A stretch of DNA of 64,000 nt, from the NCBI GenBank assembly GCA_012511175.1, contig JAAZGO010000002.1, positions 1,047-65,046 of the forward strand, given 5' to 3'. The position numbers and the translations under genes are program-made. The DNA comes from Fastidiosipila sp. Lineage in GTDB: Bacteria; Bacillota; Clostridia; Saccharofermentanales; DTU023. Of the stretch, positions 37,413 through 46,739 are shown piece by piece. Position 1 is the first letter of the stretch, and every line of letters begins with the position of its first letter. A model generated the notes under the pieces. The model saw only the letters and a list, made by a program, of their open reading frames with translations, was not told the DNA's origin and made no database searches.

Positions 37413-38353
37413 TGGGAGAGACCATGCCGGAACCGGACAGGCAGAATCCAGTTAAGGGAGGGACCCTTTACCTGGTCGCGACGCCACTTGGCAATGTCGG
37501 CGACATGAGCCCGCGCGCGGCGGAGATCCTCAATTCCGTTGACTACATCGCGGCCGAGGATACCCGGCGGGCGGCCCGCCTCCTGTCTTCCCTGGGGATC
37601 GGCAACCGGCTTGTCAGCTATTACGAACAAAATAAGGAATACCGGCACGGGATGCTTCTGGGTGATCTCAGGGCCGGCCGCACCATCGCCCTGATCTCGG
37701 ATGCCGGCATGCCCTGCATCTCGGATCCCGGTGAGGCCTTGGTCCGCCTGGCTGTCCGGCACGGCATACCTGTATCGGTCATTCCAGGTCCTTCAGCGCT
37801 GCTTTCTGCTCTTGCGGCCTCGGGGTTGGATACCGCCCGTTTTGCCTACGAGGGTTTCCTGCCCGTCAAGGGCAAGGAACGTCGAACCCGGCTGGAGGCG
37901 CTGGCACTGGAGGGCCGCACCCTGGTCTTTTACGAGGCCCCGCACCGGATCAGAAAGACTTTGTCCGACCTGGCGGCCGCGGGCCTGGAACCGCGCCGAC
38001 TGGTGATCGCCCGGGAACTCACCAAAGCCTACGAAGAGTTCATATACTTTACAGTCGGGGAGGCCGGGCCTTATTATGAAACAGTCCAGCCCAGGGGTGA
38101 ATTCACCCTGGTGATTGAGGGCCTTGATGAATTCCGGGTCCGGACGGGACAAAAGACAGAAAATGAATGGCCGGAGGAAAAACTCAAAGCCCTCCTGGAC
38201 GAAGCCCTTGCCAAGGGTTTGAAAACAGGTGAGGCAGCCATGGAAATTGCCATAAGGACAGGGGTGGGCCGCAACCGCCTCTACCAACTTGCTTTGGAGC
38301 TGGATCCGAATCAGCCCAAGACAGCTCAATCCGTCAAGGGACCTGATGGATGA
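37412..38353 (+). CDS. rsmI: 16S rRNA (cytidine1402-2'-O)-methyltransferase
   Basis: GTLYLVATPLGNVGDMSPRA, IAAEDTR, SDAGMPCISDPG and ELTK..EE are RsmI tetrapyrrole-methylase-fold motifs. Confidence 0.9.
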   Translation: MGETMPEPDRQNPVKGGTLYLVATPLGNVGDMSPRAAEILNSVDYIAAEDTRRAARLLSSLGIGNRLVSYYEQNKEYRHGMLLGDLRAGRTIALISDAGMPCISDPGEALVRLAVRHGIPVSVIPGPSALLSALAASGLDTARFAYEGFLPVKGKERRTRLEALALEGRTLVFYEAPHRIRKTLSDLAAAGLEPRRLVIARELTKAYEEFIYFTVGEAGPYYETVQPRGEFTLVIEGLDEFRVRTGQKTENEWPEEKLKALLDEALAKGLKTGEAAMEIAIRTGVGRNRLYQLALELDPNQPKTAQSVKGPDG

Positions 38354-38401
38354 TCAATGAAGGGTGACGGCTGCCCCGCCGGAACCCATTGGAGGTGCAG
38401 G

Positions 38402-39991
38402 ATGCCCGAAGAAAAATACTACATCACCACACCCATTTACTACCCCAGCGGCCAGTTGCATATCGGCCATTCCTATACAACCGTGGCAGCCGACGCCATG
38501 GCCCGCTACAAGCGTATGCGGGGGGCGGATGTTTTCTTTCTGACGGGCATGGACGAGCATGGCCAGAAGATCCAGCGGACTGCCCAGGAGGCGGGGATGA
38601 ACCCGCAGGCCTTTGTCGACAGCATGGCGGTCGACATCAAAGCCCTTTGGAAACTCCTGGATGTCAGTTATGACGGCTTCATCCGAACCACCGACCCGCA
38701 TCACGTCAAGGCGGTGCAGGCCATTGTCCAGCAGCTGAAAGACCAGGATGATATCTACAAGGGAAGCTACGAGGGTCTCTACTGCACTCCCTGTGAAGCC
38801 TTCTGGACGCCCAGCCAGGCGCCGGAAGGTGTTTGCCCGGACTGCGGCGGTCCGCTTGAGCCGACTGAGGAGTCCTGCTATTTTTTCCGGCTGTCCCGCT
38901 ATCAGGACCGGCTCATGGAGCTTTTCACCCGGGAGGATCCCTTTGTGCTTCCCGCGTCGAGGGCCCACGAAATGATCAATAATTTTCTAAAACCGGGCCT
39001 GGATGACGTGGCTGTGACCCGGACTTCTTTTGACTGGGGCATTCACGTTCCCTTTGATCCGGATCATGTGGTCTACGTCTGGATCGACGCCCTGTCCAAC
39101 TACATCACGGCCCTGGGGTACCCTGACGACCTCAGACTGTTCGACCGATACTGGCCGGCCGACGTTCACCTGATCGGCAAGGAGATTATGCGCTTTCATT
39201 CCCTGATCTGGCCCGCCCTTTTGATGGCCCTTGGCCTGCCCCTCCCCAGAAGGATCTTCGGACACGGCTGGCTGCTCTTGAAAGAAGGCAAGATGTCCAA
39301 GTCCAAAGGCAATGTGGTCGACCCGGTCATTCTGGTCGACAAGTACGGGGTTGACGCCATCCGCTATTTCCTCTTGCGCGAGGTGCCTTTCGGCGCCGAT
39401 GGCGTCTTTTCCAACCAGGCCCTGATTGAGCGGATCAACAGCGACCTGGCCAATGATCTGGGCAATCTGCTGAGCCGGACAGCAGCCATGATTACACAGA
39501 CTTTTCCGCAAGGGCTGCCCGCTGAACGCTTGGAGGAAGCGGTCGATCATGAACTCAACGGCCAGGCTGGCAGAACCCTGGAACTGGTTGAAAAGCACAT
39601 GGAGCAGCTGGAGTTCAGTCTCTCTTTGGAGGCCATCTGGGCCCAGATCGGCCGGTCCAATAAGTACATTGATGTGACCATGCCCTGGATCCTGGCAAAG
39701 AATGAAGTTGATCATCCGAGGCTGGCAGCGGTCCTCTACACGCTTGCCGACAATCTGCGCCGGATTGCCGTCATGATATCGCCCTTTATGACGCGGACAC
39801 CGGCCCGGATCCGGGAGCAGCTTGGCATTCCCGACTTTGATCCGAAAACCGGAATCGACAACACAAGATGGGAGTCGGCGGGCAAAAGCGGCCTCTACAG
39901 GGGCAATGACAAGGTCATCAAAGGAGCGGCCCTTTTCCCCAGAATCAATGTCGAAAAGGAACTCAAATCCCTGGAAGCCCTTCTGTCATGA
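38402..39991 (+). CDS. metG: methionine--tRNA ligase (short form, no C-terminal Trbp111-like domain)
   Basis: YYITTPIYYPSGQLHIGH, a zinc knuckle CTPCE...CPDCG and KMSKSKGN. GGAGGTG RBS precedes ATG 38402. Confidence 0.95.
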   Translation: MPEEKYYITTPIYYPSGQLHIGHSYTTVAADAMARYKRMRGADVFFLTGMDEHGQKIQRTAQEAGMNPQAFVDSMAVDIKALWKLLDVSYDGFIRTTDPHHVKAVQAIVQQLKDQDDIYKGSYEGLYCTPCEAFWTPSQAPEGVCPDCGGPLEPTEESCYFFRLSRYQDRLMELFTREDPFVLPASRAHEMINNFLKPGLDDVAVTRTSFDWGIHVPFDPDHVVYVWIDALSNYITALGYPDDLRLFDRYWPADVHLIGKEIMRFHSLIWPALLMALGLPLPRRIFGHGWLLLKEGKMSKSKGNVVDPVILVDKYGVDAIRYFLLREVPFGADGVFSNQALIERINSDLANDLGNLLSRTAAMITQTFPQGLPAERLEEAVDHELNGQAGRTLELVEKHMEQLEFSLSLEAIWAQIGRSNKYIDVTMPWILAKNEVDHPRLAAVLYTLADNLRRIAVMISPFMTRTPARIREQLGIPDFDPKTGIDNTRWESAGKSGLYRGNDKVIKGAALFPRINVEKELKSLEALLS

Positions 39992-40812
39992 CGGTTTGGT
40001 TTGACACTCACTCACATCTGCAGGATGACGACTTCAATGAAGATCTCCAGGAGGTCCTGGACCGTGCCCGGGACGCGGGCGTCACACGGGTCCTGCTGGC
40101 ATCTTCTGAAGAGAAAGATGCGGAAAAAGCCTGCCTGTTGACCTTGCAGAACGCCATGCTCTACGCCGCGGCCGGCATTCACCCGCATGAGGCGTCAGGC
40201 TGGAGCAAGGAAACCGCTGGCCGTCTTAAGGCACTGATCCGGGAAACCAATCGCCAGGCTGCCCTGCTCGGCCGGCACAAGGCGGTGGTCGCCATCGGTG
40301 AGATCGGCTTGGATTTTCATTATGATTTTTCCCCCAGGTCAATCCAGCACGCTGTTTTTCGCGCCCAGCTGGAATTGGCAAAAGAAGTTGACTTGCCGGT
40401 CATCATCCATATGCGGGAGGCCACAGCCGCCATGCTGGATGTTTTGACAAGCGCTTACAAAGACGGACTTTTTTCAAAGGATCATCCAGCCGGGGTCATC
40501 CACTGCTATTCGGGAAGCGCCGAAACCCTGCCGGCCCTGCTCGACTTGGGTTTCATGATTGGCTTCGACGGCCCTCTGACTTTCAAAAAAGCGAAAAAAC
40601 CCCTGGAGGCCCTGGCGGCGGTCCCCATGAACAGGCTGGTTCTTGAGACGGATTCTCCTTGGCTGGCTCCCGCCCCTTTCCGGGGTAAACGGAATGAACC
40701 TGCCTACCTGCCCTTGATCGGAGAGAAGGCAGCCGAGATTTTGGGGCTGGGTCTGGATGAGCTGGCAAGCCGGACGACTGAAAATGCCTTAAGACTCTTC
40801 CGGCTTGACTGA
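39988..40812 (+). CDS. tatD: TatD-family metal-dependent hydrolase/DNase
   Basis: WFDTHSHL, IGEIGLDFHY, PVIIHMREA, HCYSGS and ETDSPWL. It overlaps the metG stop. Confidence 0.9.
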   Translation: MTVWFDTHSHLQDDDFNEDLQEVLDRARDAGVTRVLLASSEEKDAEKACLLTLQNAMLYAAAGIHPHEASGWSKETAGRLKALIRETNRQAALLGRHKAVVAIGEIGLDFHYDFSPRSIQHAVFRAQLELAKEVDLPVIIHMREATAAMLDVLTSAYKDGLFSKDHPAGVIHCYSGSAETLPALLDLGFMIGFDGPLTFKKAKKPLEALAAVPMNRLVLETDSPWLAPAPFRGKRNEPAYLPLIGEKAAEILGLGLDELASRTTENALRLFRLD

Positions 40813-40837
40813 AAACCTCCTTATTTTGCCAACTGAG

Positions 40838-40858
40838 GCGGCCCCAGGCCGCTTTTTT
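40838..40858 (+). terminator. terminator after tatD
   Basis: GCGGCC-CCA-GGCCGC followed by TTTTTT. Confidence 0.7.
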
Positions 40859-40956
40859 CTTCACCAAATCGTCCTTCAAGGGCATGGCACGCCATCCTCT
40901 TTTTCGACACTCCTCCTGCTCCTGCCCCTATCTTCAAAAGACGGGAGGGCAGACGG

Positions 40957-41397
40957 ATGGACGGAAATAGGCAAGAAAAAAAGAAGGCAGGGAAGCTGGC
41001 AGCTGTCCTGGCAGTCACCCTGCTGGCAGTCTGCTTCACTTTGGCAGGCAGGAGCGCGCCCGTCAGTGCCTATACAGCAGGCCAGAGAAAGTCACTTTCA
41101 ACGGCAGATCTGTCCACTTCAAGGGAGCGGATCCTCAAATCCGCGGCCGCCCACGTCACAAGGGCCAATCAGGTCGGCTATGGCTATAACCGGGTCCTGA
41201 ACGGAGATCAGTACCTTCCGCTTGCCAGCTCCAGCCAGGGTTTTTGTTGTGTCGACCTGGTGACCCACGTGGTCTACACATCGACGGCTGTCCTGATCAG
41301 CGGCCGCTATCATTCCATTGAGGAAACCCTGGCGGCCCGCACCACTACAGTGCCAGCAATGGGCTTGTCTTTAATACACAGACGGTATCGACCTTGA
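40957..41397 (+). CDS. N-terminal fragment of the surface adhesin: signal peptide plus the Cys half of an NlpC/P60-like domain
   Basis: Signal peptide KLAAVLAVTLLAVCFTLAGRSAPVSA/Y. GFCCVDLVTHVVY resembles the NlpC/P60 nucleophile motif (G.DCSG.V..vY). The frame ends at TGA 41395..41397 while the next frame continues the domain. Confidence 0.6.
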   Translation: MDGNRQEKKKAGKLAAVLAVTLLAVCFTLAGRSAPVSAYTAGQRKSLSTADLSTSRERILKSAAAHVTRANQVGYGYNRVLNGDQYLPLASSSQGFCCVDLVTHVVYTSTAVLISGRYHSIEETLAARTTTVPAMGLSLIHRRYRP

Positions 41398-44222
41398 AAT
41401 CCCAGCTTCAGGCTATCCCCGCCCTTTATGCTTCCCTGGGCGCCGGGGTGAATCCATCCAGCCTGAAACTGGGAGACATTGTCCTTATGGGGGACAGGGA
41501 CGGCTCCGCGCTGAATCATTCGGTCCTGGTCCTGGGAGAGATCACTTCCGGAGAAAATGCCCACATGAAGATTCCAGGCTTTAATGCCAAGACCTCCTAT
41601 TTCATCAACATGAGCTCAGCGACGGGGGCCACTTATCAGAGTACCGACCGCTTCAACAAGGCCTGGAGTGCGGAGGCTCCCAACAAAGGCTATTTTATCA
41701 AGGCAGCCTACCGGCCGCTCTTTGACATCAAGCAGCAGGACCTGGGCGGTTTCAGTCTGAAAAAGACTGACGCCTTGACCGGAGCCGGTTTGCCGGGCGC
41801 CGTTTTCCGCCTGACGGATCCGGATGGGACAAGCAGGCAGATCAGCATGGTTTCTTCAGAATACCTATCGAACAAAGAATACCGGCCGGGCGTCTACACC
41901 CTTCAGGAAATTTCCGCCCCCCGCGGTTACCTGCTTGACCCCTCCGCCCACACCCTGATCATCAGATCCGACGAAATCAATGAAACTTACCGAAGCAATC
42001 CCCTGAAGAATTCACCAGACAAAGGAAAGATCGAAATCAGCAAAAAGGACGCAGTTACCGGCGCCGCCATCAAGGGTACCGTTTTTGAAGTCTCTCAATT
42101 TGCCTCTTTTCCCGCCTCCGCCACGCTCAGGCTGACCACCGGCACGGACGGGACGGCGACGTCACCGGACCTGATGCTCAGCGAGGGGGTGACGGCCTAT
42201 GTAAGAGAAGTTTCGGTTCCCGCCCCCTACCTGCTCGATACACAGGTCAGACAGGCAGTGCTGAGGCGAAGCCAAACGGTGACCCTTGCACTCCAAAATG
42301 ACAGGGCCCAGGGCAGGCTCAGTTTGAACAAGACCTGCTCATTGACGGGCAAACCTCTTGAGGGCGTGGTTTTTGAGATCAGAGACCGGGCAGGGGGGTT
42401 GATTGATTGCCTGATTACGGATCAGGACGGCCTTGCCGAATCCGGGGCATTGCCCCTGGGATCCTATCAGCTGATCGAAAGGGAGGCAGCCAAAGGCTAT
42501 CTGGCCGATGAGAGGCCCAAGACTTTCGATCTCGCCTATGAAGACATGGTGACGCCGCTTGTCAGCGTTCATCTCGGGCTTGACAATCAACCGATCCGGG
42601 GAGCCATCCTGATCGAGAAGCTGGAAAAAGAAAGCGGAGTGCCCATACCGGGGGCTGTCTTTGAGATTCTTGACGAGGAGGGTGAACCCGTCCTCGATTA
42701 TGAGGGGGAAGGGCTTCCGCTTCTGGTGAGCGACGGGGAGGGCAGGGTGCGGACCCCTGATCTTCGCTGCGGCCGCTATCAGATCCGGGAAGTTGAGAAC
42801 CCTGAAACCTATTACCTCAATGAAGAGGTCTATGAAGTGTCACTTGTCCTGCATGAAGAAGTGGTCAAGGTCATGATTCCCAATGAGAAGGTCCAGGTCC
42901 GGATCCAGATCAGAAAATTTGACGAGGAATCCCTTGAACCGCTCCAGGGTGCAGTCTTTGAAGTGGTCAAAAACGGGGAGGGATCCCCGCCCGAACTGGT
43001 CGCATCCGGTCTGGTCACGGATGAAAAAGGGCAGGCCACAACAGACAGGTTTCTCCCTGTGGGGGATTACCGGCTGCTGGAGACGTGTCCTCCGGAGGGT
43101 TATTCATCCGGTGAAGATCTGTGTTTCCAAATCACGCGGGAGACGGGCAGCCTTCTTCTGGAACGGGGCGGTCAGGCCATGGTTTTGCAGGTTGGCAATA
43201 AGCCTGTTGAGCTTGAAGTCTCAAAAAGAGGAACAGAAGGCGGCCAGGAGCTTGGGGGGGCAGAACTCCAGCTCATCGACAAGGAAAGCGGCCAACTGTT
43301 GGAGGAGTGGATTTCCTCCGGGGAGCCGCACCGGATCACCCGCCTGACCGTTCACCGGGCTTATGTTTTGGAAGAAAAGAAAGCGCCGCCCGGCTATGCC
43401 CTGGCGGAAGCTCTTAATTTTTCTGTTGAAGACAGCATGGAATGCCAGCAGCTGGTCATGCAAAATGAATTGACCTGTCTCCTGATTAAAAAACTGGATC
43501 AGGAAACAGGCGCTCCTTTAAGTGGCGCGGGCTTCCAGGTACAGAGTCTTGACGGGCAGGCTCTCTTCTTTTCCCAGGACCCGGAAAGGGGTGTTTATAC
43601 CTGGGCACCTCACACGGGGAATGAGGGACAGGCGGCACTTGAAAGCAACCGGGAGGGGGAGGTCGAGATCCGGGGCCTGCCTGCGGGCAGCTACCGACTG
43701 CTCGAAGTCAAAGCCCCCCATGGATACAACCGGCCGCCCCAGACTCTTTCCTTTACCCTGCCACCGGAAGCGACTGCCGCTGATCCCTGCACCCTCCAGC
43801 TTCCCAACAGGCAGTCGGAGGTCATTCTCACCAAAATTGACGCCATGACCGGCAAAGCCCTGGCGGGAGCCCGGCTGAATGTTTTTAATGAATGCGGGGA
43901 AACAATTATTTCCGGCACAACCGACAAAAAGGGGCAGATCATCCTGGCCGGCTTGGCTCCAGGCAAGTATGAGGTCAGGGAGGAAACCGCTCCCAGAGGC
44001 TATCAGAAGTCAGAGGAGCTTCTGCTTTTCAGCCTGGATGAATTCGGGGAAACAAAAGGGGAGCTCATCTTAAAGAACCTGCCGCAAAAAGCACCCTCAC
44101 CGGGCGCATCGCCCATCATTCCCTGCCTGATTCCTGCCCTGGCTGCACTGGCGGGAGGGGTCCTTCTCCTCATGGTTCTGACCAGGAAATACGGAGGAAA
44201 ACGGGAAGACCAGAAGATTTAG
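41394..44222 (+). CDS. surface adhesin body: His half of the NlpC/P60-like domain, 8 SpaA/CnaB-type repeats and a C-terminal sorting-signal-like anchor
   Basis: LKLGDIVLMGDRDGSALNHSVLVLG resembles the PGD...f.....HVgiy motif. There are eight repeats of about 95-110 aa of the pattern G.l.l.K.D..tG..L.GAvF.l.d..G.....l.TD..G......L..G.Y.l.E..AP.GY. The protein ends NLPQKAPSPG, then a hydrophobic stretch, then RKYGGKREDQKI. Confidence 0.75.
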   Translation: MKSQLQAIPALYASLGAGVNPSSLKLGDIVLMGDRDGSALNHSVLVLGEITSGENAHMKIPGFNAKTSYFINMSSATGATYQSTDRFNKAWSAEAPNKGYFIKAAYRPLFDIKQQDLGGFSLKKTDALTGAGLPGAVFRLTDPDGTSRQISMVSSEYLSNKEYRPGVYTLQEISAPRGYLLDPSAHTLIIRSDEINETYRSNPLKNSPDKGKIEISKKDAVTGAAIKGTVFEVSQFASFPASATLRLTTGTDGTATSPDLMLSEGVTAYVREVSVPAPYLLDTQVRQAVLRRSQTVTLALQNDRAQGRLSLNKTCSLTGKPLEGVVFEIRDRAGGLIDCLITDQDGLAESGALPLGSYQLIEREAAKGYLADERPKTFDLAYEDMVTPLVSVHLGLDNQPIRGAILIEKLEKESGVPIPGAVFEILDEEGEPVLDYEGEGLPLLVSDGEGRVRTPDLRCGRYQIREVENPETYYLNEEVYEVSLVLHEEVVKVMIPNEKVQVRIQIRKFDEESLEPLQGAVFEVVKNGEGSPPELVASGLVTDEKGQATTDRFLPVGDYRLLETCPPEGYSSGEDLCFQITRETGSLLLERGGQAMVLQVGNKPVELEVSKRGTEGGQELGGAELQLIDKESGQLLEEWISSGEPHRITRLTVHRAYVLEEKKAPPGYALAEALNFSVEDSMECQQLVMQNELTCLLIKKLDQETGAPLSGAGFQVQSLDGQALFFSQDPERGVYTWAPHTGNEGQAALESNREGEVEIRGLPAGSYRLLEVKAPHGYNRPPQTLSFTLPPEATAADPCTLQLPNRQSEVILTKIDAMTGKALAGARLNVFNECGETIISGTTDKKGQIILAGLAPGKYEVREETAPRGYQKSEELLLFSLDEFGETKGELILKNLPQKAPSPGASPIIPCLIPALAALAGGVLLLMVLTRKYGGKREDQKI

Positions 44223-44722
44223 CCGAAGAGGGCATTGCCAAAACGGATGATGCCCGAGGCCGCCAGGTAGACGATGATGCCGGCGCAGATGACCCCGGCC
44301 AGACAGGCCGCTACACTCTTTTTGAAATCCATGTCCAGAATGCTGGCCGCCAGAATGCCGGTCCAGGCACCGGTGCCGGGCAGGGGAATGGCGACGAAAA
44401 GGAAGAGGGCGTAATAAAGCCCCCGGCCTGCCTTGGCTAGAAGCTTGCGTCCGGCTGATTCACCCCGGTTTAAAAAGAAAGAAAATACGGGTCCGATCAG
44501 CCGTTTCTGGCTGCCCCAGACCAGAAGCTTCCTGGCGAAATAGAAGATGATGGGAACGGGCAGCATATTGCCGAGAAGGCCAACAATCATGGAAGGCAGA
44601 AGCGGCATGCCATGCGCGCTGGCGTAGAGGATGGAACCCCTGATCTCGATCAGGGGCAGCATGGCGATAAAAAAGATCCAAAAATATTTTCTGACCACGT
44701 TTCTGCAAACTCCCCGCGGCAT
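44219..44722 (-). CDS. small multidrug-export-family membrane protein (COG2426-like)
   Basis: MLPLIEIRGSILYA and LFVAIPLPGTGAWTGILAASILDMDFKKS match this family. Confidence 0.75.
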   Translation of the reverse strand: MPRGVCRNVVRKYFWIFFIAMLPLIEIRGSILYASAHGMPLLPSMIVGLLGNMLPVPIIFYFARKLLVWGSQKRLIGPVFSFFLNRGESAGRKLLAKAGRGLYYALFLFVAIPLPGTGAWTGILAASILDMDFKKSVAACLAGVICAGIIVYLAASGIIRFGNALFG

Positions 44723-44779
44723 CCAGCCGCGGCCGTCTGTACCACCTTATCATAATCAGCTTGTTTTTTAATATACAAT

Positions 44780-46057
44780 GTGGGGGTGGAACGGAGGTTG
44801 GGAAGAGGTTTGACTCGGCGCAATCAAAACAAGGCAGGGCGGGTGCTGGCAGCGACCCTGGGCGTTCAGTTCTTTTCCGGTGTCCTTTATGTTTGGAGCA
44901 TCTTCAAGGATCATCTGATCGCCCGCTACGGATGGGGTGACGCGGAGGCGACCATTCCCTACACGGTCTCGACCATTGTTTTCGCCCTGTCCATGTTTAC
45001 GGCAGGCCTCCTGCTCGACAGGGCCGGACCCCGGGTCATGATCAGCGCCGGGGTCATATTGATGGGCGGCGGCCTCATTCTGTCCGGCTTTGCGGACTCT
45101 GTCTGGCTCTGGGCCCTTACCTTCGGCCTGATCACCAGCGCGGGGGTGGGTTTTTCCTATCTGACGGCAGCCCCGACGGTCATTCAGTGGTTCCCGCCTG
45201 AAAAACGGGGGGCCATCACAGGGCTGGCGGTCGCCGGCGTGGCGATTTCCCCGGTCATGATCTCCCCGCTGGCCAATTTTGCTCTGGGACACTTCGGTCT
45301 CAAGCACGGGTCGTGGATACTGGGCGCTGTAGCCCTGGTCATCCCGCTCACACTGGCGCAGCTGATTGCCAATCCACCCGCGGACTATCTGCCGGCAAAT
45401 AATCAAAAGAACGAAGACGGACGTACTGAGCCAAACAGGAATGCAATGACCTGGCGTCAGATGATCCGCACCTTTGACTTTTACAAACTTTTTGCCATGT
45501 TTGCATTTTCCTCTTCGTCCGGCCTCATCATTTTCGGCCATATGACCCGGATCGCCAGGCTCCAGGCAGACTGGGACGGAGGCTACCTGCTCCTGATGCT
45601 GATCGCCGTCTTCAGCGCGGGAGGGCGTTTTCTGGGAGGCGTCATCTCCGACCACATCGGCAAGACAAATCTTTTGCGTGCGGTCTTTCTTTTGCAGGCA
45701 CTGAACATGCTTGTTTTCCACCTGATGGACACAAGTTTCACGCTGGCTCTTGGCGTCGCGGTCGCTGGTTTGTGTTACGGGGCTACCTTCTCGGCTTTTC
45801 CTCTTCTGACAGCTGATTACTACGGAGTCAGGAACTTGGGAGCCAATTACGGCCTTCTCTTTATTGGTTGGGGAATGGGTGGCGTTTTGGGGCCCCAGAT
45901 CGCCGGCAGTATTTTTGACGTGACGGGCAGCTACCATCTAGCTTACCGGCTGGCCCTGGGTTTGCTGATTGTCGCTTTCCTAATCTCATTTTCTCTTAGA
46001 AAAGAAAAAATCATCCGCCGGACCGTTAGCGGCATGGAAGGACGGGGTGGATCATGA
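44780..46057 (+). CDS. MFS transporter, oxalate/formate antiporter (OFA)-like family
   Basis: 12-TM profile. The N-terminus RVLAATLGVQFFSGVLYVWSIFKDHL is typical of OFA/L-lactate-type MFS proteins. GTG start. Confidence 0.85.
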   Translation: MGVERRLGRGLTRRNQNKAGRVLAATLGVQFFSGVLYVWSIFKDHLIARYGWGDAEATIPYTVSTIVFALSMFTAGLLLDRAGPRVMISAGVILMGGGLILSGFADSVWLWALTFGLITSAGVGFSYLTAAPTVIQWFPPEKRGAITGLAVAGVAISPVMISPLANFALGHFGLKHGSWILGAVALVIPLTLAQLIANPPADYLPANNQKNEDGRTEPNRNAMTWRQMIRTFDFYKLFAMFAFSSSSGLIIFGHMTRIARLQADWDGGYLLLMLIAVFSAGGRFLGGVISDHIGKTNLLRAVFLLQALNMLVFHLMDTSFTLALGVAVAGLCYGATFSAFPLLTADYYGVRNLGANYGLLFIGWGMGGVLGPQIAGSIFDVTGSYHLAYRLALGLLIVAFLISFSLRKEKIIRRTVSGMEGRGGS

Positions 46058-46485
46058 ATTTTGAAGACTTGATTGCTGAACTGAAAAAAGACGGCCTTGG
46101 AGGCTGTTCCCAAGTGATGGCCAAACTGGGACTGGAGCTGACCGGAAGGGAGAACCCGGACCTGATCCGGGCCATGTCAGGACTGACAGGCGGCATGGGA
46201 AGCAGTGGCAGCGCCTGTGGTGTCTTGACAGGGGGCGCCGCCACCTTGGGCTATTACATGGGCAAGGGCCAGATCGAAGATATTCCTCATCCGGATTACA
46301 AGGAGGCCATCCGGCGCTATGTGGACTGGTTCCGGGAGACTTACGGCACCGACCGCTGTGAGGAAATAATCCACGGGGATAAAGAATATTCAAGGAGGAT
46401 CTGCCCCGGAATCATTGAGGCAGGCTACCATAAGATGACGGAAATCCTGGAAGAGTACGGGGTATTGAACGAGCCTTGCCAATAG
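46054..46485 (+). CDS. C_GCAxxG_C_C-family putative redox protein
   Basis: GGCSQVM..., SGSACGVLTGG and C-terminal Cys residues (DRCEE...RICP) fit the C-GCAxxG-C-C pattern. ATGA overlap with the MFS gene. Confidence 0.75.
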   Translation: MNFEDLIAELKKDGLGGCSQVMAKLGLELTGRENPDLIRAMSGLTGGMGSSGSACGVLTGGAATLGYYMGKGQIEDIPHPDYKEAIRRYVDWFRETYGTDRCEEIIHGDKEYSRRICPGIIEAGYHKMTEILEEYGVLNEPCQ

Positions 46486-46739
46486 AAAAAATCTTGGTAA
46501 ATCGCTTGAAGGCAGGGGAAATACGCAAGGTGGATGCCAGCCCGACCAGAACCCGTGTCAAGGCAAATGGAAAAGACTAAATGATGCCATAGAAAATCGC
46601 GTCCCCTTGGAGTTGCTTTGGCTGATTCTCTTCTTCCAAACGCGGGTTCACGTCTAGACCCCAATACCGAACAAGCGCTGTGGGACGCTTTTGGAGGTGG
46701 TCATAGGTGACGTACTAAGAACTGGAAATTTCCTTTTGT

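Noticed and set aside
38354-39715. Minus-strand ORFs 38354..38968 and 38987..39715
   Set aside because: Both are antisense shadows of metG.
44768-45937. 389-aa minus-strand ORF
   Set aside because: It is antisense to a clear 12-TM OFA/MFS gene. The product is Arg/Gly/Pro/Gln-rich low-complexity sequence typical of shadow ORFs in GC-rich coding DNA, and no RBS is evident.
46667-46676. CCGAACAAGC repeated at 50999..51008, considered as possible att-like direct repeats flanking the STAND island
   Set aside because: The match is only 10 nt, which is within chance for the two flanks compared. No integrase is present.
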